A DNA stretch of 64,000 bases, from positions 91,051 through 155,050 of the forward strand of contig JAHLMT010000002.1 of NCBI GenBank assembly GCA_018920185.1, in the 5' to 3' direction. Both the position numbers and the translations under genes were made by a program. The notes under the pieces were generated by a model. That model ran no database searches. It was not told the origin of the DNA and saw only the letters and a list, made by a program, of their open reading frames with translations. The DNA comes from Candidatus Aenigmatarchaeota archaeon. Lineage in GTDB: Archaea > Aenigmatarchaeota > Aenigmatarchaeia > CG10238-14 > SCSR01. Below, in pieces: positions 9,409 through 19,237 of the stretch; position 1 is the stretch's first letter, and each line of letters begins with the position of its first letter.

Positions 9409-10160
9409 CTATCTCTGATAAGTTAATATCTCCTCTAGCCATCTCATATGTCGGATATGTCTACTTTCTAAATTTTTTTCCATCAGATTGTAAATTTCAG
9501 ATCGTTTATTCAAATCTTCCATAAGTCTCGAGACATAGTCATCTGAATTTATTGCAGCCCGGTATAATCTTGCTACTTCCTTATCACCTACTTTACTTTT
9601 AAGTTCTTCCCAGAGATCTTTGTCCTTGGATATTTTGGCGAGTATTACCTCAACGTCCGTCACTGCTTTGTGAGCTAATTTCATAGCTTCACTGGGTGTT
9701 AGCGGTCGCCTGTATTGATAATCTGCTTTGTGCTTATAAGTTTTATACGTACCTATACGTATGGCCGCCTCAGCATCTTCTAGATAATGTTTTCCTGTTG
9801 AAATTATACCACCTACCCCCTTCTTCATGGATTCAGGCAACAGGTGATAAAATCGATCAAGGGCAGTTTCCAAGTCCTCTAAAGATGAAATCAAATTATA
9901 GACTGGATCTGGAGGTTCTGGAGGAGGTTTTTCTGGATTTCCTATAAATGCTCTTTTCACTAGTCTTCTGTCGTCTGCAACAGCAACGTCTGCAGTAGGC
10001 CACTCTTCACGTCTACTAATTTGAGCAACTCTTTTACCAAATAAGACAAACTTAAAAAATTTCAAAATTATCGGAAAAGAAAAACAGTGAATATAACACC
10101 TCCGAGGAAGGTAGCACCTGAAGTTAATAAAAACATCCCTGTTGAAATCTCAAGTGTCAT
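9409..10160 (-). pseudogene. Hypothetical membrane-anchored protein, apparently frameshifted near 10070
   Basis: ATG 10160 gives MTLEISTGMFLLTSGATFLGGVIFTVFLFR*; one extra base in GTTTTTCTTTTCC would join it to the 218-aa ORF (…VFLFPIILKFFKF…). Confidence 0.5.
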
Positions 10161-10291
10161 AATTAAAATTATATTTCTTTGTTTATAAATTTATTAAACT
10201 AAAAGAAACTTCACTAAGTCCAAACTCAGTTTTATAAATATTTTATGTAAAACCCTCAATTATAATTTTCTAAAAAGAAAGACTTGATGAT

Positions 10292-11428
10292 ATGTCACGA
10301 ATTAAATATCCCTATAAATTTGACCCAAAGAAAAGAAGATTAGCATCAGCCTATCGTAGAGGCAAATTACTATTCTTTTCTCTAAGCTTATTGATTTCGC
10401 TCGCAACAGCTTTATTTATTTTATTTAGTGGTTTGCATATAACAATTAGAAATTTTGTTTTACAGTTTCCATTCTCAACTCTATTTAATGGCTTCTTAGT
10501 TATGTTAATATTTACCATAACAGGATTTCCACTTTCATTTTATTCTAACTACATATTCGACCGAAGATACAAATTAGCAAACTATAATTTATTAAGCTGG
10601 TTCAGAGACTTTTTAAAAATTAATCTCATTAATTATGTGTTTACATTACTTCTTGTACTTGCTCTTTACTTCACGATTAACACATTTTCACCTTGGTGGG
10701 TATATGCTGGAATATTTTACATAATATTTTCAATCATAGTTAACTACATTTATCCTACAATTATAGTTCCGTTCATGTGGAAAACCGAACCTTATAGAGA
10801 CAGATCAATGAAAAATAAAATTCTCATCCTTTGCAAAAAGCTAGGAGTTACACACATTAAAAATATAGTTGTTATTAAAGAAAGTGAAAAATCTATAAGA
10901 CCAAATGCAGTTTTTATGGGGTTTGGTAATTCTAAAAGAATAGGTTTATTCGATAATTTACTCAATAATTTCACAAGAGACGAAATAGAATGTGTTATTG
11001 GTCATGAATTAGGCCATTATGTCAACAAAGATATTTTACGCGGGTTGATATTAGAATCGATTATGATTTTTCCAACATTGTTTGTTATCGATTATTTAGT
11101 CAGAACATTATCGCCGATATTCGGAATACAAGGAATAAGTGATTTAGCCTCACTAACTTTAATTGGATTAATTAACGGTACACTAGCTTTTCTATTTATG
11201 CCTTTAGTAAATACACATTCTCGCTGGAGAGAGTCAGAAGCCGATAAGTTCGCATTGCAGCATGTAAATAAACCGATAGCACAAATTTCACTAGAGAAAA
11301 GACTTGCAGATATGCATTTAGCTGAAGTGAATGTGCATCCTTTAATTGAATTTTGGTTGTTTACACATCCTTCAACAATCAAAAGAATAAAAATGGCTGA
11401 AAATTGGAATAAAAAAGTTAGAAGTTAA
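10292..11428 (+). CDS. M48 family (Ste24-like) membrane zinc metalloprotease
   Basis: Multiple TM helices, PNAVFMG, HELGH, ESEADKFA, THPS. Confidence 0.9.
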   Translation: MSRIKYPYKFDPKKRRLASAYRRGKLLFFSLSLLISLATALFILFSGLHITIRNFVLQFPFSTLFNGFLVMLIFTITGFPLSFYSNYIFDRRYKLANYNLLSWFRDFLKINLINYVFTLLLVLALYFTINTFSPWWVYAGIFYIIFSIIVNYIYPTIIVPFMWKTEPYRDRSMKNKILILCKKLGVTHIKNIVVIKESEKSIRPNAVFMGFGNSKRIGLFDNLLNNFTRDEIECVIGHELGHYVNKDILRGLILESIMIFPTLFVIDYLVRTLSPIFGIQGISDLASLTLIGLINGTLAFLFMPLVNTHSRWRESEADKFALQHVNKPIAQISLEKRLADMHLAEVNVHPLIEFWLFTHPSTIKRIKMAENWNKKVRS

Positions 11429-11462
11429 ACAAGTTAAATGCTTTTCTATTAAATAATTAGTT

Positions 11463-11991
11463 ATGGTAATTATACTGGAAAGGTTATTGAGAAATTATGA
11501 AGAAAGAACTTTCTGGAGATCGCTTCTAGGTATGAATAGACTACATCTAGCAACACAAGATGAACTCCAAACTTTAGCTCACCAACTAAACTTAAGATAA
11601 AGTGCATTCTACACGAAACGGTGTTCATACTATTTTAATAGGATTTAATTCACCATACTTTCATACAGGATTCACACCAGCACCAATTGAAACAACATGT
11701 GAAAGATTTAGAGGTTGGGGATATTTTACCGAACTACTTGCAATGCATGAAGGATACAAATCAATTACAACTTATATACTCAGTCAATTGTGGAATAGAA
11801 CACCAGATCCTGGTACAAAAGATAGAGATAGTATAAGAGTTTCAGCTGTATATGATGGTAGTTGTGATATTAGTTTAACAGATATATTTCATGATTTAGT
11901 GCCTCATTTAAGAGACACACGTGTACAAGCTGTGATGAATTTCATTGCAAGTTTATATCACTGGCGACCATTGTCTAATGTTTTTTCTTAG
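11463..11991 (+). CDS. Hypothetical protein(s): 45-aa ORF 11463-11600 followed by 129-aa ORF 11602-11991, possibly one frameshifted gene
   Basis: Manual translation; ORFs separated by one base. Confidence 0.4.
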
Positions 11992-13048
11992 CTACCCAAT
12001 CGGCAACAAATGTTGGTTGTTGCCCAGCAAGATAATTATAAGCTTGCAACGCAGCTTTACATCCTTCACCAGCAGATACAACAATCTGTTTGAACGGTGT
12101 TTGTGTGATATCCCCAGCAGCAAAAATTCCAGGCCTAATTTTGTCACTATCTGGATAATAAGTTTCACAATTGTTATTAATCACAACTTGTCCCATACCA
12201 TTAATCTTAACCAAATGCTTTATAAAATCAGTTTTAGTTACAGAACCTATTTCAATAAACACTCCCGATACAGGTATTTCCTTAGTTTCATTTGTCACAA
12301 CATTTTGCACGACAACAGAATGGACAGTATTAACGCCTTTAATTTCCTTTACAACAGAATTCAAAACTAGTTCAACATTTTTCCTTTTTTTGACCTCTTC
12401 AACTAAATATTCGAATCCTCTGAATTGATCTCTGCGATGAATTAAATAAACTTTTTTACAAATCTTGCTCAGATATTCGGCGCCTTCTAGTGCAGAATTA
12501 CCTCCACCAACTACCGCAACAACCTTTTCTCTAAACAACGGTCCGTCACAGACGGTACAATAAGATACACCTTTACCACCGAATTCACCTTCACCTGGTA
12601 CGTCCAAAGTTCTTGGTGTTTTCCCATACGCAAGTATGACAGTTTTTGTTTTGTAACTATTACCAGAAGTTGTTTTTACATTAAATACCGGCTTATCAAC
12701 ATTAGGAATTTCTTCTAACTCATTCACTTCCTCATAAATAACTTCTGCACCAGATTTTAGAGCTTGTTTTAACATTTTGTTCATCAAAGAAATTCCACTT
12801 ATAGAAAGAAATCCAGGATAATTCTCAATCACATCCGTCATGATAGCTTGCCCGCCAATACTTTTAGCTATAACTAAAGTTTTCAATGCTCTTCTCGCGG
12901 CATAAATTGCAGCCGTCAAAGCTGCGGCACCACCACCAACAATTATACAATCATAAATTTTTCCCTCGGTTTTAGTTCCTGAAACTTGCTCTTGTTCAAT
13001 TTCTTCGGTTCGGTTTTGTAAAAGCAAAGTCTCTTGAATGTTAACCAC
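11975..13048 (-). CDS. trxB: Thioredoxin reductase
   Basis: GGGAAA FAD motif, IENYPG, GVSYCTVCDG, GGGNSA, HRR, FAAGD. Confidence 0.92.
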   Translation of the reverse strand: MVNIQETLLLQNRTEEIEQEQVSGTKTEGKIYDCIIVGGGAAALTAAIYAARRALKTLVIAKSIGGQAIMTDVIENYPGFLSISGISLMNKMLKQALKSGAEVIYEEVNELEEIPNVDKPVFNVKTTSGNSYKTKTVILAYGKTPRTLDVPGEGEFGGKGVSYCTVCDGPLFREKVVAVVGGGNSALEGAEYLSKICKKVYLIHRRDQFRGFEYLVEEVKKRKNVELVLNSVVKEIKGVNTVHSVVVQNVVTNETKEIPVSGVFIEIGSVTKTDFIKHLVKINGMGQVVINNNCETYYPDSDKIRPGIFAAGDITQTPFKQIVVSAGEGCKAALQAYNYLAGQQPTFVADWVAKKKH

Positions 13049-13178
13049 CTTTTAATTTGAGAACTATATCGCATTGTTGGCACATACCAGGTTTTTTGTA
13101 AACTTTTTTACAAACGCTACATTCAAAAAGAAGTTGAGTATATTTTCCTATAATTTCTTCCATTTCTTCTTCTGGCAT
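13041..13178 (-). CDS. Small four-Cys metal-binding protein, 45 aa (not in ORF track)
   Basis: MPEEEMEEIIGKYTQLLFECSVCKKVYKKPGMCQQCDIVLKLKGG; fills the gap between trx and trxB with coupled ends. Confidence 0.7.
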   Translation of the reverse strand: MPEEEMEEIIGKYTQLLFECSVCKKVYKKPGMCQQCDIVLKLKGG

Positions 13179-13179
13179 C

Positions 13180-13425
13180 TTATTTACCTAAAACAGCTAT
13201 AACTTTATCTTTTTGAGGAACTCCAACCCATTTAACGACATTATCAACAATTATAGTAGGAACAGCCATTATAGAATATTTCGCTACAAGTTTTTGTCCT
13301 TCTGGTGACGTGGCATCAATTTCCTCGTAATCAAACTTGTATTGTTTTTTTAGATCTCTAAACATCGCTTTTGCTATAGGGCAATAAACACAGCTCTTAG
13401 TGTAAACTAATTGGACTTTAACCAT
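13180..13425 (-). CDS. Thioredoxin-family protein
   Basis: CVYC, IMAVPTIIVD. Confidence 0.85.
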   Translation of the reverse strand: MVKVQLVYTKSCVYCPIAKAMFRDLKKQYKFDYEEIDATSPEGQKLVAKYSIMAVPTIIVDNVVKWVGVPQKDKVIAVLGK

Positions 13426-13447
13426 TTTATTGACACCATTATTTTAT

Positions 13448-13466
13448 CAAGTTAAAATATAACTTG
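13448..13466. promoter_or_regulatory. Inverted repeat CAAGTTA-N5-TAACTTG upstream of trx operon (candidate HxlR-family operator)
   Basis: Perfect 7-bp arms about 22 bp upstream of the trx start. Confidence 0.45.
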
Positions 13467-13491
13467 TTTGCATTTATTAAAAAGGTTTTTA

Positions 13492-13788
13492 TTATTTGTA
13501 AATCTTCCATTTACTCCCCCATTTACCAATTTCAGCTATAATTGGATAGAGGTTTTTGCCTTTTCTAGTCAAGCTATAATTACTTTTATTTCCATTAACA
13601 TTTTTTTCTATGATACCATGTTGTAACAGAAATTTCAAATTTAGAGACAAAGTTCTGGAGCTTAATCCAGATTCTCTTTTTAGCTGATTAAATCCCATGC
13701 TCTTTCCATCAAGGTATCTAAGAATTAACAATCGTGGTTTGGAGCCGATGATTTTGATAGATTCGACGATAGGACAAATATTTGACAT
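13492..13788 (-). CDS. HxlR/DUF24 family redox-sensing transcriptional regulator
   Basis: N-terminal CPI...IIGSK, wHTH GLSSRTLS..LK, YSLTRKG..L.P. Confidence 0.85.
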   Translation of the reverse strand: MSNICPIVESIKIIGSKPRLLILRYLDGKSMGFNQLKRESGLSSRTLSLNLKFLLQHGIIEKNVNGNKSNYSLTRKGKNLYPIIAEIGKWGSKWKIYK

Positions 13789-13816
13789 AGTATAAAAAAG
13801 TATAGTTATCTTTAAA

Positions 13817-13835
13817 TAGTTTACTTTGTAAACTA
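13817..13835. promoter_or_regulatory. Inverted repeat TAGTTTAC-N3-GTAAACTA just after TATA (TTTAAATA 13811-13818)
   Basis: Perfect 8-bp arms in the 60-bp divergent promoter between hxlR and the CDGSH gene. Confidence 0.55.
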
Positions 13836-13848
13836 ATAACGGGATAAA

Positions 13849-14025
13849 ATGGCGAAAAATATTGTCATAGAAGCTAATGAAAATGGTCCTTATTTGGTTA
13901 AAGTAGATAATGAAGTTAGAACAGCGCTCTGCAGATGCGGAGGATCAAAAAACAAACCTTACTGTGACGGAACTCATGCAAAAATAGGTTTTAAAGCCAA
14001 TAAAACTGAAGTTAAAGTAATTTAA
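13849..14025 (+). CDS. CDGSH iron-sulfur domain protein, 58 aa (not in ORF track)
   Basis: MAKNIVIEANENGPYLV...ALCRCGGSKNKPYCDGTHAKIGF. Confidence 0.9.
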   Translation: MAKNIVIEANENGPYLVKVDNEVRTALCRCGGSKNKPYCDGTHAKIGFKANKTEVKVI

Positions 14026-14029
14026 ATAG

Positions 14030-14194
14030 CTATTTAGGAAAATAAATTGCATTCTTTGTTATCTGTAGATTACAGCTTTTGTGGGTCGAACACCAATTCT
14101 GACATTTTTCAGCTAAATCTTTATTTTTATATCCAAAACCACAAATCACGCACTTGTAAATTTCTTTATCACCGATTAAAATCTTTTGTGGCAT
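14030..14194 (-). CDS. Small Cys-rich zinc-binding protein, 54 aa (not in ORF track)
   Basis: MPQKILIGDKEIYKCVICGFGYKNKDLAEKCQNWCSTHKSCNLQITKNAIYFPK. Confidence 0.75.
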   Translation of the reverse strand: MPQKILIGDKEIYKCVICGFGYKNKDLAEKCQNWCSTHKSCNLQITKNAIYFPK

Positions 14195-14258
14195 TTCTAT
14201 TATCCTCAGTTTAATCTTTATTTAACTAATTTATAAAATAAACTTCATATAAAAACTA

Positions 14259-14675
14259 ATGATAGTTGAAACCGATGTTATAATTAAACTTTTATTATCT
14301 GTTGGATTAGGTTTGTTGATTGGCTTAGAAAGGGAAATTAGTAGAAAACCCGCGGGTTTGAGAACTCATTCTCTTGTTTCTCTTGGTGCATGTTTGTTTA
14401 CTTTAGCATCATTAAGTTTAGGTAATGTCGAATCTGTAGGAAGAATGCTACCTGGGATAGTTACCGGAATAGGTTTTCTTGGCGCTGGAATTATTTTTCA
14501 ATCTGAAGATAGAGTAAAAGGACTGACAACAGCTGCAGAAATTTGGGCGTTAGCAGCAATAGGCATTTTAATTGGTATTGGTTCTTATTCTGTTGCAATA
14601 ATATCAGCAATTCTAATTTTAATAATTCTTGTACCATTTAAGTGGTTTGAGAAAAGGATGGAAAAAGTGAAATAA
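14259..14675 (+). CDS. MgtC/SapB family membrane protein
   Basis: IGLERE, AGLRTH, GIGFLGAGII, GLTTAA. Confidence 0.92.
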   Translation: MIVETDVIIKLLLSVGLGLLIGLEREISRKPAGLRTHSLVSLGACLFTLASLSLGNVESVGRMLPGIVTGIGFLGAGIIFQSEDRVKGLTTAAEIWALAAIGILIGIGSYSVAIISAILILIILVPFKWFEKRMEKVK

Positions 14676-14721
14676 CATTCGAATTCCCTCTTCAAATTCT
14701 TTATGTTATACGTATAACATT

Positions 14722-16032
14722 TTAACAAATCTCCTTAACAGAGTCTTCAAAAATATCTAATCCCAAATCAGCCTGTTCTTTTGTCAAAATTAATGGAGGA
14801 CAAATTCTTATCGAGCTTGTGCCAGCAGGTAACATTAACAATCCTTTCTCACTAGCCTTACACAAAATATCTGACCTTTCCTTTATTCCATAATCTTTTG
14901 ATTTCTTATCTTTCACAATTTCAATTCCAATCATTAATCCCATCCCTCTCACATCACCGATAATTTCGTATTCCTCTTTCATTTTCTCCAATCTTTTCAT
15001 CATATAATTTCCAATTTTTATTGCATTCCTTCCAAGCTTTTTCTCACGCATAAATTTCAAAGTCGCAATTCCAGCAGCACAAGCTAATAGATTACCGCCA
15101 AAAGTGTTTGCATGAGAACCAGGTATCCAATCCATTATTTTTTCATTCGCTACAGTAGCACCTAAAGGAATTCCACCACCAATAGCTTTGCTTAAAGAAA
15201 CGATATCTGGTTTGACACCAAAATTCTCTATTGCAAGAAATTTTCCTGTTCTGTAACAACCAGCCTGAACTTCATCGTCACATAATAAGATATCATGTTT
15301 ATCACACAACTCTCTTACACCTTGAACAAAATCTTTCGGCGGAACAATATATCCAGGTTCACCTGCAATAGGCTCCATAAAAATACCGGCCAAATTTTTA
15401 TTACATTCTAATATCTTCTGCTCTAAAACGTCGAGATACAAATTCGTACATGCATCGTGCTCTTTGTTACCGAATGGACACCTGTAACAATAAGGATACA
15501 GAGCATGCTTCACAGGAAGAAAAGGTCCGAATCTTTCTTTCTGCACTGGTTTAGCATTTGTCAAGGACAAACTTCCCATTGTTCGTCCGTGAAATGAAGG
15601 TTTAAATGCGATGACCCATTTTTTGTTTGTATGCCATCTCGCAAGTTTATACGCTGCTTCCACAGCTTCTGTTCCTGAATTAGACAAAAAAGCTTTGTTC
15701 AAATGTCTTGGTAGAAATGTTAACAGATACTCAACAAATTTCACAGGTAACTCAGCATAAAAATCAGAAAATGCGGCATGAGATGCTAATTTAATCTGCT
15801 GCTGTAAAGCCTGTTGAATCACAGGGTTCGAATGTCCTATATTCATCACAGAAACTCCAGCGGTGAAATCTAGATATTTTCGGTTATCAGCATCCCAGAT
15901 GTAACACCCCTTAGCTTTCTTAAAAACAAGTGAATATTCGCGAGTCAAAGAAGGGGAAATAACCTTTCTATCCCTTTCGATAATTTTCACAGATTTTGGT
16001 CCTGGCTTTCTACAGATGAAACGGGTTTTCAT
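14722..16032 (-). CDS. Class III PLP aminotransferase (ornithine/4-aminobutyrate type)
   Basis: YLDFTAG, NSGTEAVEAA, FHGRT, DEVQAG, SKAIGGG, HANTFGGN. Confidence 0.9.
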   Translation of the reverse strand: MKTRFICRKPGPKSVKIIERDRKVISPSLTREYSLVFKKAKGCYIWDADNRKYLDFTAGVSVMNIGHSNPVIQQALQQQIKLASHAAFSDFYAELPVKFVEYLLTFLPRHLNKAFLSNSGTEAVEAAYKLARWHTNKKWVIAFKPSFHGRTMGSLSLTNAKPVQKERFGPFLPVKHALYPYCYRCPFGNKEHDACTNLYLDVLEQKILECNKNLAGIFMEPIAGEPGYIVPPKDFVQGVRELCDKHDILLCDDEVQAGCYRTGKFLAIENFGVKPDIVSLSKAIGGGIPLGATVANEKIMDWIPGSHANTFGGNLLACAAGIATLKFMREKKLGRNAIKIGNYMMKRLEKMKEEYEIIGDVRGMGLMIGIEIVKDKKSKDYGIKERSDILCKASEKGLLMLPAGTSSIRICPPLILTKEQADLGLDIFEDSVKEIC

Positions 16033-16079
16033 TCTAATATTATTTTTATTATGGAAAACAAAATATATTTAGTGAACAT

Positions 16080-17096
16080 ATGGAACTACTTGAAAAATTG
16101 ATTAATGCTTATGGCGTCAGCGGTAATGAAAGTGAGGTTAGAGAACTAATCAAAAACGAAATTTCAAAATACGTAGATAAGACATATGTTGATAAGTTTG
16201 GTAACTTGATTGCCTACAAAAAAGGCAAAGCACCCCGAGTAATGCTTGCTGCACATATGGATGAAATAGGATTGATGGTCAAGAGAATAAATGAAAAGGG
16301 TAAGATAGTTTTTTCAACTATCGGCGGTATAGAAGTACCCTCACTTATAGGTCAAAAAGTTGCTATACAAGGCAAGACTCAAGTAATAGGTGTAATAACT
16401 TCTGACCAATTGGCATCTGGAGATGAAATCAAAGAATTGCCTAAAGTAACAGATTTATACATAGATACAGGACTAAATAGAAGTCAACTAACAAAACTAG
16501 GAGTTGAAATTGGTAATTATGTGCATTTTTATGATTGCAATTATCGTTTAATTGGTAATAATGAATTCATCTGTGGTAAGGCACTTGATAATAGGATAGG
16601 ATGTTACATTCAAATAGAGTTGGCTAGGTTGTTGAAAGAAAATAAAAATGAGATATTTTATGTCTTTACTGTACAAGAAGAAGTTGGTTTGTATGGTGCA
16701 AGAACCTCTGCTTATACAATTGATCCTGCATGGGCTATTGCTATTGATACCACAGCTGCAGATGATGTATATAGTACACCAACCCGTTCTCTTGGTGGTG
16801 GACCAGTGATAACTATGAAAGATGCAAGTATGCTGGGCAACCTGTGTATAAATAATTGGTTAATGGAAGTAGCAAAGAAAAATAATATACCAATTCAATA
16901 TGGTGTTAGTGAATATGGTGTTACAGATGCTTTGACAATTTCTCTTTCTCGCGGTGGCATACCGGCAACTTCGGTAGGAGTGCCTGTAAGAAATATCCAC
17001 ACTGTTGTTGGCGTGGCGAGTGTCAGAGACGTTCAAAATACCATAAAACTTCTGGAAATTTTATTAAGGAAAGCTCCTTCGACTTGTCTTGTGTAA
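16080..17096 (+). CDS. M42 (TET) aminopeptidase
   Basis: GVSGNE, AAHMDEIG, KALDNR, VQEEVG, RNIHT. Confidence 0.9.
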   Translation: MELLEKLINAYGVSGNESEVRELIKNEISKYVDKTYVDKFGNLIAYKKGKAPRVMLAAHMDEIGLMVKRINEKGKIVFSTIGGIEVPSLIGQKVAIQGKTQVIGVITSDQLASGDEIKELPKVTDLYIDTGLNRSQLTKLGVEIGNYVHFYDCNYRLIGNNEFICGKALDNRIGCYIQIELARLLKENKNEIFYVFTVQEEVGLYGARTSAYTIDPAWAIAIDTTAADDVYSTPTRSLGGGPVITMKDASMLGNLCINNWLMEVAKKNNIPIQYGVSEYGVTDALTISLSRGGIPATSVGVPVRNIHTVVGVASVRDVQNTIKLLEILLRKAPSTCLV

Positions 17097-17205
17097 TTTC
17101 GAAAATGCCAAAATTACTATCTATTAATTACAGGATTGACATACATTTATAAGCCCGATTTGTATAAATCACGTATCATTTAAATAATCAGCAGGAGGTG
17201 CCTAA

Positions 17206-17265
17206 ATGGCAAAGAAGAAAAAAGAAGAAGCTAAAAGTCAATCTTCTCAATCAAGTTCTCAATAG
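17206..17265 (+). CDS. Putative 19-aa micropeptide MAKKKKEEAKSQSSQSSSQ
   Basis: Shine-Dalgarno AGGAGGTG 5 nt before ATG, upstream AT-rich TATA-like boxes, downstream long T-tract. Confidence 0.5.
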   Translation: MAKKKKEEAKSQSSQSSSQ

Positions 17266-17318
17266 TTTAAAGCTAAATTTTTAAAATATCGGTTTCTAGA
17301 TTCTTTTTTTTCCTTTTT

Positions 17319-17897
17319 TTATAAAACAACTAGTCCATTTAAAATAAATTGAACAGCAATTACAGTTAAAAGTATTCCCATTATTCTTGTTAGCGTCTCT
17401 GAACTCTTGGTACCAATTATTTTCATTATATTCGTACAGAAAGCTAGAGTCAATTCCATTAAAATCATAGCTACTACAATCGAAATAATAGCAGTTTTTA
17501 ACCCATAAGTTTGTGATAGAATTATAGTCATTGTAATAGCTCCTGGTCCCGCAATTAAAGGTATTCCTAAAGGAACAACACCAAAATTTCTGTCATATTT
17601 GTATTGTTTTATCCGTCCTCTAACCATATCTAAACCAATCAAAAACAACAAAATTCCACCTGCAATTTGAAAACTTTCGAATGACAAGTTGAAATAGTCA
17701 AAAACACCCTTTCCTAAAACTGCAAATGCAATTAAAATGAGAGATGCTGTTAAGATAGCTTGTTGTATTATTTTTTTCCTTCTGTCTTCTTTGAAAGCTT
17801 TAGTCACACTGAAGTACACAGGAACATTGCCCAAAGGATCCATTATTATGAAAAGAAGAACTATTGACTGAATTATGAAGGATATATCTGGGACCAT
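17319..17897 (-). CDS. marC: MarC family membrane protein
   Basis: IMDPLGNVP, FQIAGGILL, VPLGIPLIAGPGAI, TRIMGILL. Confidence 0.92.
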   Translation of the reverse strand: MVPDISFIIQSIVLLFIIMDPLGNVPVYFSVTKAFKEDRRKKIIQQAILTASLILIAFAVLGKGVFDYFNLSFESFQIAGGILLFLIGLDMVRGRIKQYKYDRNFGVVPLGIPLIAGPGAITMTIILSQTYGLKTAIISIVVAMILMELTLAFCTNIMKIIGTKSSETLTRIMGILLTVIAVQFILNGLVVL

Positions 17898-17932
17898 GTA
17901 TAATTTTTATACGAAGAACTAATTAAATGTAG

Positions 17933-19237
17933 ATGAAACGAATTAAAACAATTATTCTCGGCGCTGCAGGAAGAGATTTCCATAATTTTAACATGGTATA
18001 TCGCGATAACCCCAATTACGAAGTTGTAGCTTTTACTGCAACGCAAATACCAGGAATAGCTGGAAGGTTATATCCAAAAGAATTAGCTGGAAAGCTATAT
18101 CCAAAGGGCATCCCGATATATCCAGAAGAAAAATTACCAGAACTAATAAAAAAATTTAAAGTTGATCAAGTTGTTTTTGCTTATTCGGATGTTTCTCATG
18201 AGTATGTGATGCACAGAGCTTCGATTGCTTTATCCAATGGTGCTGATTTTGTTTTGCTTGGTCCAAATTCGACAATGTTAAAATCTTCTAAACCTGTGAT
18301 ATCCGTCACCGCTGTTAGAACAGGTTCAGGAAAAAGTCAGACAACAAGAAAAATTGCTAAAATTCTAAAAAATAGAGGAAAAAGAGTAGCTGTTATTCGA
18401 CATCCTATGCCATACGGCCATTTAAAAAAACAAATTGTTGAACGATTTGCTACTTATCATGACTTGGATAAATACAATACTACAATAGAGGAGCGGGAAG
18501 AATACGAACCACATATTGATAATGGAATAATTGTTTATGCCGGTGTAGATTATGAAAAAATCTTAAGGCAAGCAGAAAAGGAAGCAGATGTTATAATTTG
18601 GGATGGCGGTAATAATGATTTCTCTTTTATTAAATCTGATTTATACATAGTTGTAGTTGATCCTCATCGTGCTGGACATGAGCTGAAATACCATCCCGGA
18701 GAAACAAATTTGCGAATGGCCGATGTCATAGTTGTTAATAAAATTGATTCTGCTAAAAAATCGGATATACGCCAAGTAATTAAAAATACTAAATCTCTTA
18801 ATCCAAAGGCAAAAATAATTCTTGCTAAATCTGTTGTAACAGTAGATAAACCAGAATTAATCGAGGGAAAGAAAGTACTGGTGGTTGAAGATGGTCCCAC
18901 CTTAACACATGGTGGTATGCCTTATGGTGCAGGAACTGTAGCTGCACAAAAATATAATTGTGAGATAATTGATGCACGAAAATACTCTGTAGGTTCTATT
19001 AAAGATGTTTACAAAGATTATCCTCATCTAAAGAAAGAACTACCCGCTATGGGTTATAGCAAAAAACAGATCAAAGAATTGGAAAAAACTATCAACTCAG
19101 CAAAATGTCAAGCCGTAATTGATGCAACTCCAATAAAATTACCTCGAATTATGAAAATAAACAAACCTGTAGTACAAGTTGATTATGAATTACAAGAAGT
19201 TGGGAAATTGAATTTGGAGAAGGTTATCAAGTTATGA
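17933..19237 (+). CDS. arcE: COG2403 P-loop ligase, probable arginine synthetase ArcE (often annotated as cyclic 2,3-diphosphoglycerate synthetase or GTPase)
   Basis: GAAGRDFHNFN, RTGSGKSQT, RHPMPYG, EEREEYEPH, WDGGNND, EDGPTLTHGGM; ATGA-coupled to carbamate kinase and OTC. Confidence 0.8.
   Translation: MKRIKTIILGAAGRDFHNFNMVYRDNPNYEVVAFTATQIPGIAGRLYPKELAGKLYPKGIPIYPEEKLPELIKKFKVDQVVFAYSDVSHEYVMHRASIALSNGADFVLLGPNSTMLKSSKPVISVTAVRTGSGKSQTTRKIAKILKNRGKRVAVIRHPMPYGHLKKQIVERFATYHDLDKYNTTIEEREEYEPHIDNGIIVYAGVDYEKILRQAEKEADVIIWDGGNNDFSFIKSDLYIVVVDPHRAGHELKYHPGETNLRMADVIVVNKIDSAKKSDIRQVIKNTKSLNPKAKIILAKSVVTVDKPELIEGKKVLVVEDGPTLTHGGMPYGAGTVAAQKYNCEIIDARKYSVGSIKDVYKDYPHLKKELPAMGYSKKQIKELEKTINSAKCQAVIDATPIKLPRIMKINKPVVQVDYELQEVGKLNLEKVIKL

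Noticed and set aside
17933-19237. Annotation as cyclic 2,3-diphosphoglycerate synthetase
   Set aside because: No 2-phosphoglycerate kinase nearby; coupling to carbamate kinase and OTC favours ArcE
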